From sequence record OZ348804.1: a stretch of DNA of 32,000 bases; one strand, written 5' to 3'. Below are positions 1 through 14,727 of this stretch, piece after piece. Numbering within the stretch: position 1 is the first letter of the stretch; every line of letters starts with the position of its first letter. Position numbers and translations under genes: made by a program. The notes under the pieces were generated by a model. It was not told the DNA's origin, made no database searches, and saw only the letters and a list, made by a program, of their open reading frames with translations.

Positions 1-138
1 GAAAAGTTGAGGCATGAGAAAATCTCCAATCAGATCAAATTAAAGGATGAACTAGCATTTTTATTATATCTGATATTTGCACACAAATCAAAATTCGACC
101 AAATTATTTTCAACTTTCTTTATTTTTATTCATTTTTT

Positions 139-223
139 CGGAGAGAGTGGGATTTGAACCCACGGTAACTTGCGCTACATTGGTTTTCAAGACCAATACA
201 TTAAACCACTCTGACACCTCTCC
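139..223 (-). tRNA. trnS-UGA: tRNA-Ser (anticodon UGA), class II with long variable arm
   Basis: Reverse complement reads GGAGAGGTGTCAGAGTGG...TTGGT-CTTGAAA-ACCAA...GGGTTCAAATCCCACTCTCTCCG. It has a 7-bp acceptor stem, anticodon loop CUUGAAA, an extra arm and a TTCAAAT T-loop. Confidence 0.9.
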
Positions 224-292
224 GTAACAATACAATACCAAAAATAAGGCATAGATGCAAGCCCTTGTCAAAGGGCTTGCGGGAAAAAGGAG

Positions 293-643
293 TTATTTTC
301 CTTTTACTGTTGTTGTAAGTGCATTAAAACTTGTTGGGTGTAAAATTACAAGTTGTGAAAGCATCTTACGATTTAATAATACACGGTTCGTTTTTAAGGC
401 ATGCATAAAACAACTGTATGAAAGACCTGCTGGTCGTGATCCTGCATTAATACGTCGAATCCAAAGACGGCGATATTGACGCTTTTTCTTTCGTCGATCA
501 CTGTATGATGATGAAAGTGCCTTTAAACTACGTTGATTCGCAGTACGGAATAAAGTAGAATGTGATCCACGGAACCCTCGGTTAAGATCTAAAATTTTGT
601 TGCGACGTTTACGTGCAACTGTTCCACGTTTTACTCGAGTCAT
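293..643 (-). CDS. rpl20: 50S ribosomal protein L20
   Basis: 116-aa ORF starting [18 protein letters not shown]...GFRG, the typical L20 N-terminus. It is very basic and ends in TAA. Confidence 0.92.
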   Translation of the reverse strand: MTRVKRGTVARKRRNKILDLNRGFRGSHSTLFRTANQRSLKALSSSYSDRRKKKRQYRRLWIRRINAGSRPAGLSYSCFMHALKTNRVLLNRKMLSQLVILHPTSFNALTTTVKGK

Positions 644-859
644 AAGCTATAGAAATGTTCACCTTCGTTTTCACTCGACGAAGATATATAATTAATGGCA
701 TTCATTACTTCATTTCAGAAGTACATATTGAATATCTATATTTACAAGAAAAGAGAAGAGGTATATCTTATTTTCTCACTGTATACATATAGGATACTGA
801 AAAGATAGTACTACCGTCAAGATATTCCTTTAAAGAATTTGGAATCTATTTAAAATTTT

Positions 860-946
860 CGGAGAGAAGGGGATTCGAACCCCTGGTACGATTACTCGTA
901 CGCTTCATTAGCAATGAAGTACTTTCGGCCACTCAGTCATCTCTCC
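860..946 (-). tRNA. trnS-GCU: tRNA-Ser (anticodon GCU), long variable arm
   Basis: Reverse complement GGAGAGATGACTGAGTGG...CTTCA-TTGCTAA-TGAAG...GGGGTTCGAATCCCCTTCTCTCCG, with a complementary acceptor stem. Confidence 0.9.
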
Positions 947-1005
947 ACTCCTAGTGTACCATTGTGTATATTGTGAAACAAGGCTTTCCTCAAGGGATTT
1001 TCTTT

Positions 1006-1078
1006 CACGCCCTGTAGGACTCGAACCTACGACATCAGGTTTTGGAGACCTGCGTTCTACCAACTGAACTAAGGACGC
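1006..1078 (-). tRNA. trnW-CCA: tRNA-Trp (anticodon CCA)
   Basis: Reverse complement GCGTCCTTAGTTCAGTTGGTAGAACGCAGGT-CTCCAAA-ACCTG...GGTTCGAGTCCTACAGGGCGTG. The anticodon is the standard CCA, not UCA. Confidence 0.9.
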
Positions 1079-1115
1079 ATAATAATATGCTTATCTATTA
1101 CTTTTGTAAGACGGT

Positions 1116-1189
1116 TCGGAGTGACAGGATTCGAACCTGCGACCACATCGTCCCAAACGACGTACGCTACCAAACTGCGCTACACTCCG
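1116..1189 (-). tRNA. trnP-UGG: tRNA-Pro (anticodon UGG)
   Basis: Reverse complement CGGAGTGTAGCGCAGTTTGGTAGCGTACGTCG-TTTGGGA-CGA...GGTTCGAATCCTGTCACTCCGA. Confidence 0.9.
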
Positions 1190-1280
1190 ATATGTTCTAT
1201 GTACTAGAGTAGCAAATGTATGCTATTTAAACAATTAGATTTTTTCTCATCAAACAAAATAAATTATGTGAATCCCTTCG

Positions 1281-1304
1281 CTCGACATGTAAAGACATAT
1301 CGAG
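1281..1304 (-). terminator. 3' stem-loop downstream of psaM
   Basis: Inverted repeat ctcgacatgt/acatatcgag (10 bp, 1 mismatch) with loop aaag, 33 nt past the psaM stop. Confidence 0.35.
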
Positions 1305-1336
1305 ACGGGATTGACATCACTTAAAAAGCTTTCAAT

Positions 1337-1432
1337 TTACTTATAGAGTTGTACTCCAAGACGTACTGAAAGAATACCTGTAATAAGTGCAACAAAAAGA
1401 GCAACAAAAACTTGTGTATCAGATAAAGGCAT
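1337..1432 (-). CDS. psaM: photosystem I subunit M
   Basis: Hand translation gives [31 protein letters not shown], 31 aa. This matches the PsaM pattern (M.ISDTQV..AL..AL....LA.RL...LYK). It is below the ORF-track cutoff. Confidence 0.85.
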   Translation of the reverse strand: MPLSDTQVFVALFVALITGILSVRLGVQLYK

Positions 1433-1513
1433 ACTTGTTAAAAAAGATAGTATACAAAAGAAAACGCATAGAAAAATCAAAATCTAGCACTTTTGTACAA
1501 AATATGTAACTAA

Positions 1514-1615
1514 TTAAAGGTTACCACCACGTGCATAAACAGCTGCAACGATAATTGGACCTGCTCCTACAACAAGAGCAACGCTTACAAGTTGACCAAT
1601 TAATTCAAGATTCAT
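1514..1615 (-). CDS. psb30: photosystem II protein Psb30 (Ycf12)
   Basis: Hand translation gives MNLELIGQLVSVALVVGAGPIIVAAVYARGGNL*, 33 aa. This matches the Ycf12 pattern MN.E.I.QL......GP......RKGNL. Confidence 0.85.
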   Translation of the reverse strand: MNLELIGQLVSVALVVGAGPIIVAAVYARGGNL

Positions 1616-1867
1616 ATGTTTGACTCCACAATAATGAGGTTAATTTAAGACATTTAAAATTAAAATCCCGAAATAATAGAATAAAATCTACATTACATTA
1701 TTTTATTTAAAAAGTATGTCTTTTTTAAAGATTGGCTCTAAAAAAGGAAACGTTTGAAACGTGAACATCTTTTTTAGATATTTTTTGTTTACCAACGATG
1801 AAAAAGTAACGAGTAAAAGAAATACTAAATATTTATTCTATTTACGTATCCTTATTCAAAAACAGGA

Positions 1868-1978
1868 TTAGTTAATTTCTTCTTTTTCAATATAAAGAAA
1901 AAGAGCTGCCATTGTTACAGCAGGGAAAACTAAACCTACAAGAGGTACAAAAATTGAAGGTAAAAGAGATGCAGCCAT
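1868..1978 (-). CDS. psaI: photosystem I subunit VIII
   Basis: Hand translation gives [36 protein letters not shown], 36 aa. It contains the PsaI core [15 protein letters not shown]. Confidence 0.88.
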   Translation of the reverse strand: MAASLLPSIFVPLVGLVFPAVTMAALFLYIEKEEIN

Positions 1979-2093
1979 GTGTTTCCTCCTTAAGAAGTAT
2001 TTTACCGGAAAATAAGGTATAGAGGCGACATTTTTATTATAGAAAAAAAAAGCAAAAGCTTCACGCTATTTGTTATGTTTTTTTTAGTTTTTT

Positions 2094-2167
2094 CGGGCCT
2101 GACGGGACTCGAACCCGCAACCTCCGCCGTGACAGGGCGGCGCTCTAACCAATTGAACTACAGGCCC
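2094..2167 (-). tRNA. trnD-GUC: tRNA-Asp (anticodon GUC)
   Basis: Reverse complement GGGCCTGTAGTTCAATTGGTTAGAGCGCCGCC-CTGTCAC-GGCGG...GGGTTCGAGTCCCGTCAGGCCCG. Confidence 0.9.
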
Positions 2168-2424
2168 TTTTATATGAATAGTATGATGCCTTATTTTGTA
2201 AGGTTTGGCAATATATTTCTTTTTATATAGAAAGAAAAAGTATTTCCCTAAATGTCCAAATTGTCCCTTTGGCAGTGACAGATCTCCTAAATCAAGGCAT
2301 AATAAAATTACCATACTTTAATACCATTGCATTCCAACATTTTTTAATGTTTTTTGAAGTAGGCTTGCTTTTCTATGTGAAATAAAAAAAGATACTATCT
2401 TTTTAATTTCCATAAATTGCACTC

Positions 2425-2449
2425 ATTACTTTTTTTATTAAAAAGTAAT
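2425..2449 (+). promoter_or_regulatory. perfect 10-bp inverted repeat in the psaA 5' leader
   Basis: attacttttt-ttatt-aaaaagtaat. It ends 12 nt before the GAGG Shine-Dalgarno-like motif (2462-2465) and 24 nt before the psaA ATG. Confidence 0.4.
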
Positions 2450-2473
2450 TTATGAAATAACGAGGAAACTTTA

Positions 2474-4729
2474 ATGACAATTAGCCCACCAGAACGCGAG
2501 GTAAAGGCAGTCAAGATTGTAGTAGATCGTGACCCAGTACCAACTTCGTTTGAGAAATGGGGGAAACCCGGACACTTCTCACGAACACTTGCAAAAGGTC
2601 CTGCTACAACAACATGGGTATGGGATCTCCATGCCGATGCACACGACTTTGATAGTCACACAACAGATCTTGAGGATATTTCCCGCAAGGTTTTTAGTGC
2701 GCACTTTGGTCAACTTGGTGTAATCTTTATCTGGCTTAGTGGAATGTACTTCCACGGAGCACGCTTCTCAAACTATGAAGCTTGGTTAAGTGATCCAACT
2801 CACATTAAGCCAAGTGCACAAGTAGTTTGGCCAATCGTAGGTCAAGAAATTCTTAATGGTGATGTAGGTGGTGGATTCCAAGGAGTACAAATTACTTCTG
2901 GATTCTTCCAACTTTGGCGCGGAAGCGGTATCACAAGTGAACTTCAACTTTACAGTACAGCAATTGGTGCACTTATCATGGCAGGACTTATGTTCTTTGC
3001 TGGATGGTGGCACTACCACAAAGCTGCACCGAAACTTGAATGGTTCCAAAACGTTGAATCAATGATGAACCACCACCTTGCAGGACTCCTTGGTCTTGGA
3101 AGTCTTTCATGGTCTGGTCACCAAATTCACATTGCGTTACCAGTAAATACACTTCTTGATGCTGGAGTAGATCCAAAAGAGATCCCACTCCCACATGAGT
3201 TTATGCTTAACCGTGATCTCATGGCTGAGCTTTACCCAAGTTTCTCACAAGGACTTGCACCTTTCTGGACATTTAACTGGACAGAATATTCAGATTTCCT
3301 TACATTCCGTGGTGGACTTAACCCAGTAACTGGAGGTCTTTGGCTTTCAGATACAGCACACCACCACCTTGCTATTGGAGTTCTTTTTATTATTGCTGGA
3401 CACATGTACCGCACAAACTGGGGTATTGGACACAGCATGAAGGAAATCCTTGAAGCACACAAAGGACCATTCACTGGTGAAGGACACAAAGGTCTCTATG
3501 AGATTCTCACAACTTCATGGCATGCACAACTTGCAATTAACCTTGCACTTTTTGGGTCACTCTCAATTATTGTAGCGCACCACATGTATGCAATGCCTCC
3601 TTACCCGTACCTTGCAACTGATTACGGTACACAACTTTCACTCTTTACACACCACATGTGGATTGGTGGGTTCTGTATTTGTGGAGCTGCTGCTCACGCA
3701 GCTATCTTCATGGTTCGTGATTACGATCCAACAAACAACTACAACAACCTTCTTGACCGTGTACTCCGTCACCGTGATGCAATGATTTCACACCTTAACT
3801 GGGTGTGTATTTTCCTTGGTTTCCACAGTTTCGGACTTTACATCCACAACGATACAATGAGTGCTCTTGGTCGTCCGCAAGATATGTTCTCGGATACAGC
3901 GATTCAACTTCAACCAATTTTTGCACAATTTGTGCAAAACACACATGCACTTGCTCCTGAGCTTACAGCTCCAACTGCTGGTGCAAGTACAAGTGCAAGT
4001 TGGGGTGGTGATATCGTGGCTGTTGGTGGAAAAATCGCAATGATGCCAATTTCACTTGGTACTTCAGATTTCATGGTACACCACATTCACGCATTTACTA
4101 TTCACGTAACAGTACTTATCCTTCTTAAGGGTGTACTTTTCGCACGTAGTTCACGTCTTATCCCTGATAAGGCGAATCTTGGATTCCGATTCCCTTGTGA
4201 TGGACCAGGACGTGGAGGAACATGTCAGGTTTCAGCTTGGGACCACGTATTCCTTGGTCTTTTCTGGATGTACAACAGTATTTCTATTGTAATTTTCCAC
4301 TTCAGTTGGAAAATGCAATCTGATGTTTGGGGAAGTGTTACAGACAACGGAGTTTCACACATTACTGGTGGTAACTTCGCACAAAGTGCCAATACTATTA
4401 ATGGTTGGCTTCGTGATTTCCTTTGGGCACAATCTTCTCAAGTTATCCAATCATACGGATCAGCACTCTCTGCATATGGACTCATTTTCTTAGGAGCCCA
4501 CTTTATCTGGGCATTTAGCCTTATGTTCTTATTCTCAGGACGTGGATACTGGCAGGAGCTTATTGAATCAATCGTATGGGCGCACAACAAACTTAAAGTT
4601 GCGCCTGCTATTCAACCACGCGCTTTAAGTATTACACAAGGACGTGCCGTTGGTGTTGCTCACTACCTTTTAGGTGGAATTGCAACAACATGGTCATTCT
4701 TCTTAGCGCGTATTATTGCAGTCGGATAA
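2474..4729 (+). CDS. psaA: photosystem I P700 apoprotein A1
   Basis: 751-aa uninterrupted ORF with PsaA hallmarks throughout, including the Fx cluster loop [19 protein letters not shown] lies 9 nt upstream and the stop is TAA. It is neither split nor trans-spliced. Confidence 0.98.
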   Translation: MTISPPEREVKAVKIVVDRDPVPTSFEKWGKPGHFSRTLAKGPATTTWVWDLHADAHDFDSHTTDLEDISRKVFSAHFGQLGVIFIWLSGMYFHGARFSNYEAWLSDPTHIKPSAQVVWPIVGQEILNGDVGGGFQGVQITSGFFQLWRGSGITSELQLYSTAIGALIMAGLMFFAGWWHYHKAAPKLEWFQNVESMMNHHLAGLLGLGSLSWSGHQIHIALPVNTLLDAGVDPKEIPLPHEFMLNRDLMAELYPSFSQGLAPFWTFNWTEYSDFLTFRGGLNPVTGGLWLSDTAHHHLAIGVLFIIAGHMYRTNWGIGHSMKEILEAHKGPFTGEGHKGLYEILTTSWHAQLAINLALFGSLSIIVAHHMYAMPPYPYLATDYGTQLSLFTHHMWIGGFCICGAAAHAAIFMVRDYDPTNNYNNLLDRVLRHRDAMISHLNWVCIFLGFHSFGLYIHNDTMSALGRPQDMFSDTAIQLQPIFAQFVQNTHALAPELTAPTAGASTSASWGGDIVAVGGKIAMMPISLGTSDFMVHHIHAFTIHVTVLILLKGVLFARSSRLIPDKANLGFRFPCDGPGRGGTCQVSAWDHVFLGLFWMYNSISIVIFHFSWKMQSDVWGSVTDNGVSHITGGNFAQSANTINGWLRDFLWAQSSQVIQSYGSALSAYGLIFLGAHFIWAFSLMFLFSGRGYWQELIESIVWAHNKLKVAPAIQPRALSITQGRAVGVAHYLLGGIATTWSFFLARIIAVG

Positions 4730-4734
4730 CCCGC

Positions 4735-4740
4735 GGAGGA
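4735..4740 (+). promoter_or_regulatory. Shine-Dalgarno-like GGAGGA upstream of psaB
   Basis: GGAGGA lies 8 nt before the psaB ATG and is complementary to the CCUCC at the 3' end of the 16S rRNA encoded in this window. Confidence 0.5.
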
Positions 4741-4748
4741 CATGACTT

Positions 4749-6953
4749 ATGGCAACTAAATTCCCTAAATTTAGTCAAGGATTAGCACAAGATCCGACAA
4801 CGCGTCGTCTTTGGTTTGGAATCGCAACAGCACACGATTTCGAGACGCATGATGGTATGACAGAAGAGAAGCTTTACCAAAAGATCTTCGCTTCACACTT
4901 TGGACAACTTGCAATTATTTTCTTATGGACATCGGGAAACCTTTTCCATGTAGCATGGCAAGGTAACTTCGAGAAATGGGGTGAAGACCCACTTCACGTA
5001 CGTCCAATTGCACACACAATCTGGGATCCACACTTTGGACAACCAGCTGTAGAAGCATTCACACGTGGTGGGGCAAGTGCGCCTGTAAACATTGCGTACT
5101 CTGGTGTATACCAATGGTGGTACACAATTGGAATGCGAACAAATGGAGATCTTTACAACGGATCTCTTTTCCTTCTTTTTGTTGCTGGACTTTTCCTCTT
5201 TGCAGGATGGTTACACCTTCAACCAACATTTGCACCAGCACTTTCATGGTTTAAGAATGCAGAATCGCGCCTTAACCACCACCTTTCTGGACTTTTTGGT
5301 GTAAGTTCACTTGCATGGACTGGACACCTTGTACACGTTGCAATTCCAGAATCACGTGGACAACATGTACGTTGGGATAATTTCCTTACAACATTACCGC
5401 ACCCAGCAGGTCTTGCTCCATTCTTTAGTGGACAATGGGCTGTATATGCACAAAACCCAGATACAGCAAACCACATCTTCGGAACATCTGAAGGAGCTGG
5501 AACAGCTATTCTTACATTCTTAGGTGGTTTCCACCCACAGACTGAAAGTCTCTGGTTAACAGATATGGCACACCACCACCTTGCTATTGCGGTAGTATTC
5601 ATTCTCGCAGGACACCAATACCGTACAAACTTCGGAATTGGACACAGTATGCGTGAAATTCTTGAAGCACACACACCACCAGCAGGAAACCTTGGAGCTG
5701 GGCACAAAGGTCTTTTTGATACTGTGAACAACTCACTCCACTTCCAACTTGGTCTTGCACTTGCTTCAGTAGGTGTACTTTGTTCTCTTACTGCACAACA
5801 CACATACTCGCTTCCGCCGTATGCGTTCCTTGCACAAGATTTTACAACGCAAGCTGCTCTTTATGCACACCACCAGTACATTGCTGGATTCATTATGTGT
5901 GGAGCATTTGCACACGGAGCAATCTTCTTTATTCGTGATTACGATCCTGAGCAAAATGAAGGAAACGTGCTTGCACGTATGCTTGAGCATAAAGAAGCAA
6001 TTATTTCACACCTTAGTTGGGTATCACTTTTCCTTGGATTCCACACACTTGGACTTTACGTACACAATGACGTAATGCAAGCATTTGGAACACCAGAAAA
6101 GCAAATCCTTATTGAACCAGTATTCGCACAATACATTCAAGCTGCACAAGGAAAATCAATCTATGGATTTGATGTACTTCTTGCATCACAAGGCAACCCA
6201 GCGAACTTAGCAAGTCAATCAATTTGGCTTCCAGGATGGCTTGAAGCAATTAACAGTTCAAGTAACTCTCTTTTCCTTCCAATTGGGCCAGGAGATTTCC
6301 TTGTACACCACGCAATTGCACTCGGACTTCACACTACAACACTTATTCTTGTAAAAGGAGCTCTTGATGCACGTGGATCAAAGCTTATGCCAGATAAGAA
6401 GGATTTCGGATACAGTTTCCCTTGTGATGGACCAGGACGTGGAGGAACGTGTGATATCTCAGCATGGGATGCATTCTATCTCGCAGTATTCTGGGAACTC
6501 AACACAGTTTCATGGACAGTATTCTACTTCCACTGGAAGCACCTTGCACTTTGGCAAGGTAACTCTGCTCAATTTAACGAATCATCAACATATATTATGG
6601 GATGGCTTCGTGACTACCTTTGGCTTAACTCATCACAACTTATTAATGGATACAACCCATTTGGGATGAACAGCCTTTCAGTATGGGCATGGATGTTCCT
6701 TTTCGGGCACCTTATTTATGCTACAGGATTCATGTTCCTTATTTCATGGCGTGGATATTGGCAAGAGCTTATTGAAACACTTGTATGGGCACACGAGCGT
6801 ACTCCACTCGCAAATTTTGTGAAGTGGAATGATAAGCCAGTAGCACTTTCAATTGTACAAGCACGTCTTGTAGGACTTACACACTTCTCTGTTGGATTTG
6901 TTCTTACTTACGCAGCCTTTGTAATTGCATCTACATCAGGTAAATTTGGATAA
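4749..6953 (+). CDS. psaB: photosystem I P700 apoprotein A2
   Basis: 734-aa ORF starting [32 protein letters not shown], with the Fx loop [15 protein letters not shown]. It starts 19 nt after psaA. Confidence 0.98.
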   Translation: MATKFPKFSQGLAQDPTTRRLWFGIATAHDFETHDGMTEEKLYQKIFASHFGQLAIIFLWTSGNLFHVAWQGNFEKWGEDPLHVRPIAHTIWDPHFGQPAVEAFTRGGASAPVNIAYSGVYQWWYTIGMRTNGDLYNGSLFLLFVAGLFLFAGWLHLQPTFAPALSWFKNAESRLNHHLSGLFGVSSLAWTGHLVHVAIPESRGQHVRWDNFLTTLPHPAGLAPFFSGQWAVYAQNPDTANHIFGTSEGAGTAILTFLGGFHPQTESLWLTDMAHHHLAIAVVFILAGHQYRTNFGIGHSMREILEAHTPPAGNLGAGHKGLFDTVNNSLHFQLGLALASVGVLCSLTAQHTYSLPPYAFLAQDFTTQAALYAHHQYIAGFIMCGAFAHGAIFFIRDYDPEQNEGNVLARMLEHKEAIISHLSWVSLFLGFHTLGLYVHNDVMQAFGTPEKQILIEPVFAQYIQAAQGKSIYGFDVLLASQGNPANLASQSIWLPGWLEAINSSSNSLFLPIGPGDFLVHHAIALGLHTTTLILVKGALDARGSKLMPDKKDFGYSFPCDGPGRGGTCDISAWDAFYLAVFWELNTVSWTVFYFHWKHLALWQGNSAQFNESSTYIMGWLRDYLWLNSSQLINGYNPFGMNSLSVWAWMFLFGHLIYATGFMFLISWRGYWQELIETLVWAHERTPLANFVKWNDKPVALSIVQARLVGLTHFSVGFVLTYAAFVIASTSGKFG

Positions 6954-7012
6954 ATTTAAATGGCAACATTTAAGCAGTAAAAACGTTTAAATGAGTGTAT
7001 GTAAATCTTTCC

Positions 7013-7036
7013 ATGGGGGTTCGAAAGGGCCCCTAT
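7013..7036 (+). terminator. 3' stem-loop downstream of psaB
   Basis: atggggg...ccccTat forms a 7-bp G/C-rich stem (1 G.U) with a 10-nt loop, 60 nt after the psaB stop. Confidence 0.4.
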
Positions 7037-7146
7037 GAAAATGTACCGTTTTTTTATGCTTTACGGGTTTACGGGTTTACTACATTTTAATAACCCGAAA
7101 GACAACAGAAAATTCCATATTAGTCATTACACCGCTTTATACTTAT

Positions 7147-7698
7147 ATGAAGAGATTCTTTACTTTTCTTTTAAATCGTCTTTTTTGGCTCGGAGATTTT
7201 TTTCTTTTGTTTATTGAATTAAACATTGAGCTTGTCATTCGTTTTGTTGAATTCTTTTTAGAAACGATTGAAAGTCTTTACCAATCAATTTTACAATTTA
7301 GAAATTTAAAAACAATACGAAAAGCCTCTAACCTTCCACGTCCACGTTCCAAACCAACATCGTTTGCTGGACAAGTTCTTGTGACTATTATTCAAGAAAT
7401 GGCTGGAGGTTTTGTTCTTATTCTTGTTTTTTATACTTTTCCAATTTTTGGAACAATTGGAACAACTATTGCTGATTGGATTGGTTACCACCAAAATAAC
7501 CTTATCGGCTTAGTTGTAATGACTATTTTATTTTATCTTCCACAACAACGTATTTTTAGAGATCCAGTAACACGTTTCTTTTTTGAACGTGAATGGTTTC
7601 GAAATTATGGTCAGGCATTTCTTTTTACACAATTCCTTTCCTTTTTGATTTTGGTTTTACTTCTTATTAATGCTTGGTCGTGGTTTGGTGCATTATAA
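7147..7698 (+). CDS. hypothetical hydrophobic ORF (183 codons); its last ~25 codons sit where PsbZ helix 1 would be
   Basis: Open frame in a T-rich stretch. It is Phe/Leu-rich with several hydrophobic segments, and I recognise no family. T-rich DNA gives chance ORFs, so coding status is uncertain. It is in frame with the psbZ fragment that follows its TAA. Confidence 0.3.
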   Translation: MKRFFTFLLNRLFWLGDFFLLFIELNIELVIRFVEFFLETIESLYQSILQFRNLKTIRKASNLPRPRSKPTSFAGQVLVTIIQEMAGGFVLILVFYTFPIFGTIGTTIADWIGYHQNNLIGLVVMTILFYLPQQRIFRDPVTRFFFEREWFRNYGQAFLFTQFLSFLILVLLLINAWSWFGAL

Positions 7699-7788
7699 TC
7701 ATCATCAAAAGGTCTTGTATTATCTGGATCTGCCCTTTGGATCCTTTTAGTATTCGTAGTTGGAGCACTTAACTCTTTTGTGTCATAA
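7699..7788 (+). pseudogene. psbZ: psbZ (PSII protein Z) C-terminal half with no start codon of its own, in frame behind TAA 7696-7698
   Basis: Translation SSSKGLVLSGSALWILLVFVVGALNSFVS* closely matches the remembered PsbZ C-terminus (Chlamydomonas [27 protein letters not shown]; land plants [29 protein letters not shown]). There is no ATG or GTG in the fragment. Confidence 0.6.
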
Positions 7789-7810
7789 GGATACTTATGT
7801 TTGTAGAAAT

Positions 7811-7831
7811 GGAGTGTACTCTGTACACTTC
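7811..7831 (+). terminator. 3' stem-loop downstream of the psbZ frame
   Basis: ggagtgtac-tct-gtacacttc, a 9-bp stem including one G.U, 22 nt after TAA 7786-7788. Confidence 0.45.
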
Positions 7832-8134
7832 ATGCTCCACCATTAATCAAACATATACAAATAATTTAATAGAACTCAAAACAAAGTCACTACAGCTTCA
7901 CACATATACACCAATATAAAAGTTTAGAAAAAGGTTGTAACTTCACGAATTAATTGTTCCCCATCGCTAAAACCTTGTGAAAACTTTAAATTCATTCTTT
8001 ACAAATCCTTTTCTTGTCGAAAAGGATTCAAAGAGTAGGTACTAATGAAGATGACTGAATACAAAAAAAAATACGTTAAGATTCGTCATATTTGTTTAAA
8101 GAAGTTTTGTGAAGTCTAAGATTTATAAAAGACT

Positions 8135-8161
8135 CCCCTGATTCCAAAAAGGAACCAGGGG
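8135..8161 (-). terminator. psbA 3' UTR stem-loop
   Basis: cccctgattcc-aaaaa-ggaaccagggg, an 11-bp stem with one mismatch. A second repeat, ttctttc-taaaa-gaaagaa (8170-8188), lies between it and the psbA stop. Inverted repeats in the psbA 3' UTR are a classical plastid feature. Confidence 0.55.
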
Positions 8162-8202
8162 AAAAGATATTCTTTCTAAAAGAAAGAAGGATCTAAACTT
8201 GA

Positions 8203-9294
<1,092 letters not shown>

Positions 9295-9508
9295 TTACAC
9301 AATCTAAAATGTTTTAGACCTGTTACTTTTTAGTATACCATAATCAAGAAATCAAATGGTACAAAAAAATGAAAATACATAGAACTACCTTATTCTGAAA
9401 AGATTAAGAAATAAATTGAATAATAATTAATAGAACTTGTTTAAAGTTTGTATGAAGTTGATTATGCAAATAAATGAAGTTAAAAAATCTATAAAGTTAT
9501 GAATTTAT

Positions 9509-9529
9509 GATGGAGCACAAAGCTCCATC
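9509..9529 (-). terminator. stem-loop just 3' of rrn5 (end of the rRNA operon)
   Basis: gatggagc-acaaa-gctccatc, an 8-bp perfect stem about 28 nt past the 5S 3' end. A second 6-bp repeat, tagaat-aaac-attcta, is at 9531-9546. Confidence 0.45.
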
Positions 9530-9556
9530 TTAGAATAAACATTCTAATTAAATATT

Positions 9557-9674
9557 TCTTGGCATCGATATGTTTTTAGATACAGCTACCCGTATCCTAT
9601 CGTTATCTCAAAGGCCTTTCACCACGCAGTTCGGAAAGGGATGCTGTGTCTCGACCTCGACGAAGACACCAAGA
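9557..9674 (-). rRNA. rrn5: 5S ribosomal RNA
   Basis: Reverse complement TCTTGGTGTC...CATCCCTTTCCGAACTGCGTGGTGAAAGG...GATGCCAAGA. The terminal helix I pairs, the loop C CCGAAC motif is present, and the length is about 118 nt. It lies immediately downstream of 23S. Confidence 0.85.
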
Positions 9675-9750
9675 AAAAGAACTACTTTGTTAAGCAAAGT
9701 AGTTCGATTGCTTCCTAGAAAATTCTAGCAAGTCTTGCTTATGGTATACA

Positions 9751-12628
<2,878 letters not shown>

Positions 12629-12690
12629 TTGTTTTGTGTATTCAAATAACCGCAATTCTGATATGCCTAAGAAAGCTTCTTAGGCTTGGC

Positions 12691-12763
12691 TGGAGGTAAG
12701 CGGACTCGAACCGCTGGCGTCTGCCTTGCAAAGGCAGCGCTCTACCAACTGAGCTATACCCCC
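12691..12763 (-). tRNA. trnA-UGC: tRNA-Ala (anticodon UGC), no intron
   Basis: Reverse complement GGGGGTATAGCTCAGTTGGTAGAGCGCTGCC-TTTGCAA-GGCAG...GGTTCGAGTCCGCTTACCTCCA, in the 16S-23S spacer. Confidence 0.93.
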
Positions 12764-12769
12764 GTGCCA

Positions 12770-12843
<74 letters not shown>

Positions 12844-12916
12844 GTAGCGTGGTGCATTTTTCATATTTTAGTGGCAAGCCAACTAGGTTGAAAAATGCGC
12901 GCTTAATTCATCTTTA

Positions 12917-14407
<1,491 letters not shown>

Positions 14408-14694
14408 GATGTGTTTGAGAAGATTAAAAAAAATAATGCTTCCATATACAAGTATAGCTTGCACTCATAAAAGCATAGGGTGTCTGCCTCTTTCACAAAA
14501 CATAAACACCAAATTAAAAACAAACAGAACACAAATTTTTACACCAATAAAACCTTAATCAATACAACACTTGAAATATGAATAAAACAAAAACAAAGAT
14601 TAATACAAAAGTAACTTCAAAAACAGAGGGTTCGGAAAACCTACCTTATTATGGATATATAAAATTATATTATTTAAAACAAACAGCGCTACCA

Positions 14695-14718
14695 AGCGTT
14701 AACCGAAAGGTTAACGCT
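14695..14718 (-). terminator. perfect 10-bp stem with GAAA tetraloop just 3' of ORF300
   Basis: agcgttaacc-gaaa-ggttaacgct, 10 nt beyond the ORF300 TAA and about 290 nt upstream of the 16S 5' end. Confidence 0.5.
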
Positions 14719-14727
14719 AAGTTTCAC

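Noticed and set aside
1-15. Possible 5' end of a minus-strand gene running out of the window (ATG at 15-13, MPQLF..., with GGAG 8 nt upstream).
   Set aside because: Only five codons are visible, which is too little to call or name.
255-479. Plus-strand 74-aa ORF.
   Set aside because: It is antisense to rpl20, which has an unmistakable L20 sequence.
2084-2314. Minus-strand 76-aa ORF.
   Set aside because: Its C-terminal part is simply the translation of trnD-GUC (…[14 protein letters not shown]). It is not a protein gene.
2529-6669. Numerous 60-194-aa ORFs in other frames or strands within psaA and psaB (for example 5219..5803), and similar ones inside psbA, psbB, atpB, petB, ycf1 and ycf2.
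   Set aside because: They overlap highly conserved genes and show no independent signals.
7013-7036. A GGGGGTTCGAAAGGGCCCC element resembling a tRNA T-arm, considered as a possible tRNA or tmRNA 3' domain.
   Set aside because: No acceptor, D or anticodon arms can be built around it. It folds as a simple hairpin downstream of psaB.
7062-7080. Tandem 8-mer tacgggtt x2.4, and a similar small direct repeat gcatttagc x2 at about 25413-25440.
   Set aside because: These are too short and isolated to mean more than local slippage.
7035-7217. Plus-strand 60-aa ORF upstream of and overlapping ORF183. I also examined it as a possible psbZ exon 1.
   Set aside because: The translation (MKMYRFFMLYGFTG...) has no PsbZ helix-1 similarity and there are no intron hallmarks. 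It is probably a chance ORF.
7696-7698. The idea that TAA is a sense codon (variant plastid genetic code) to explain the psbZ interruption.
   Set aside because: All other 24 CDS in the window use TAA as their terminator at positions matching canonical protein lengths. A global reassignment is therefore untenable, and only site-specific explanations remain.
9332-9355. Possible psbA promoter (TGGTATACT extended -10 with TTGATT upstream).
   Set aside because: The spacing between the candidate -35 and -10 boxes is only about 12 nt, so I cannot support a specific promoter call without 5' end data.
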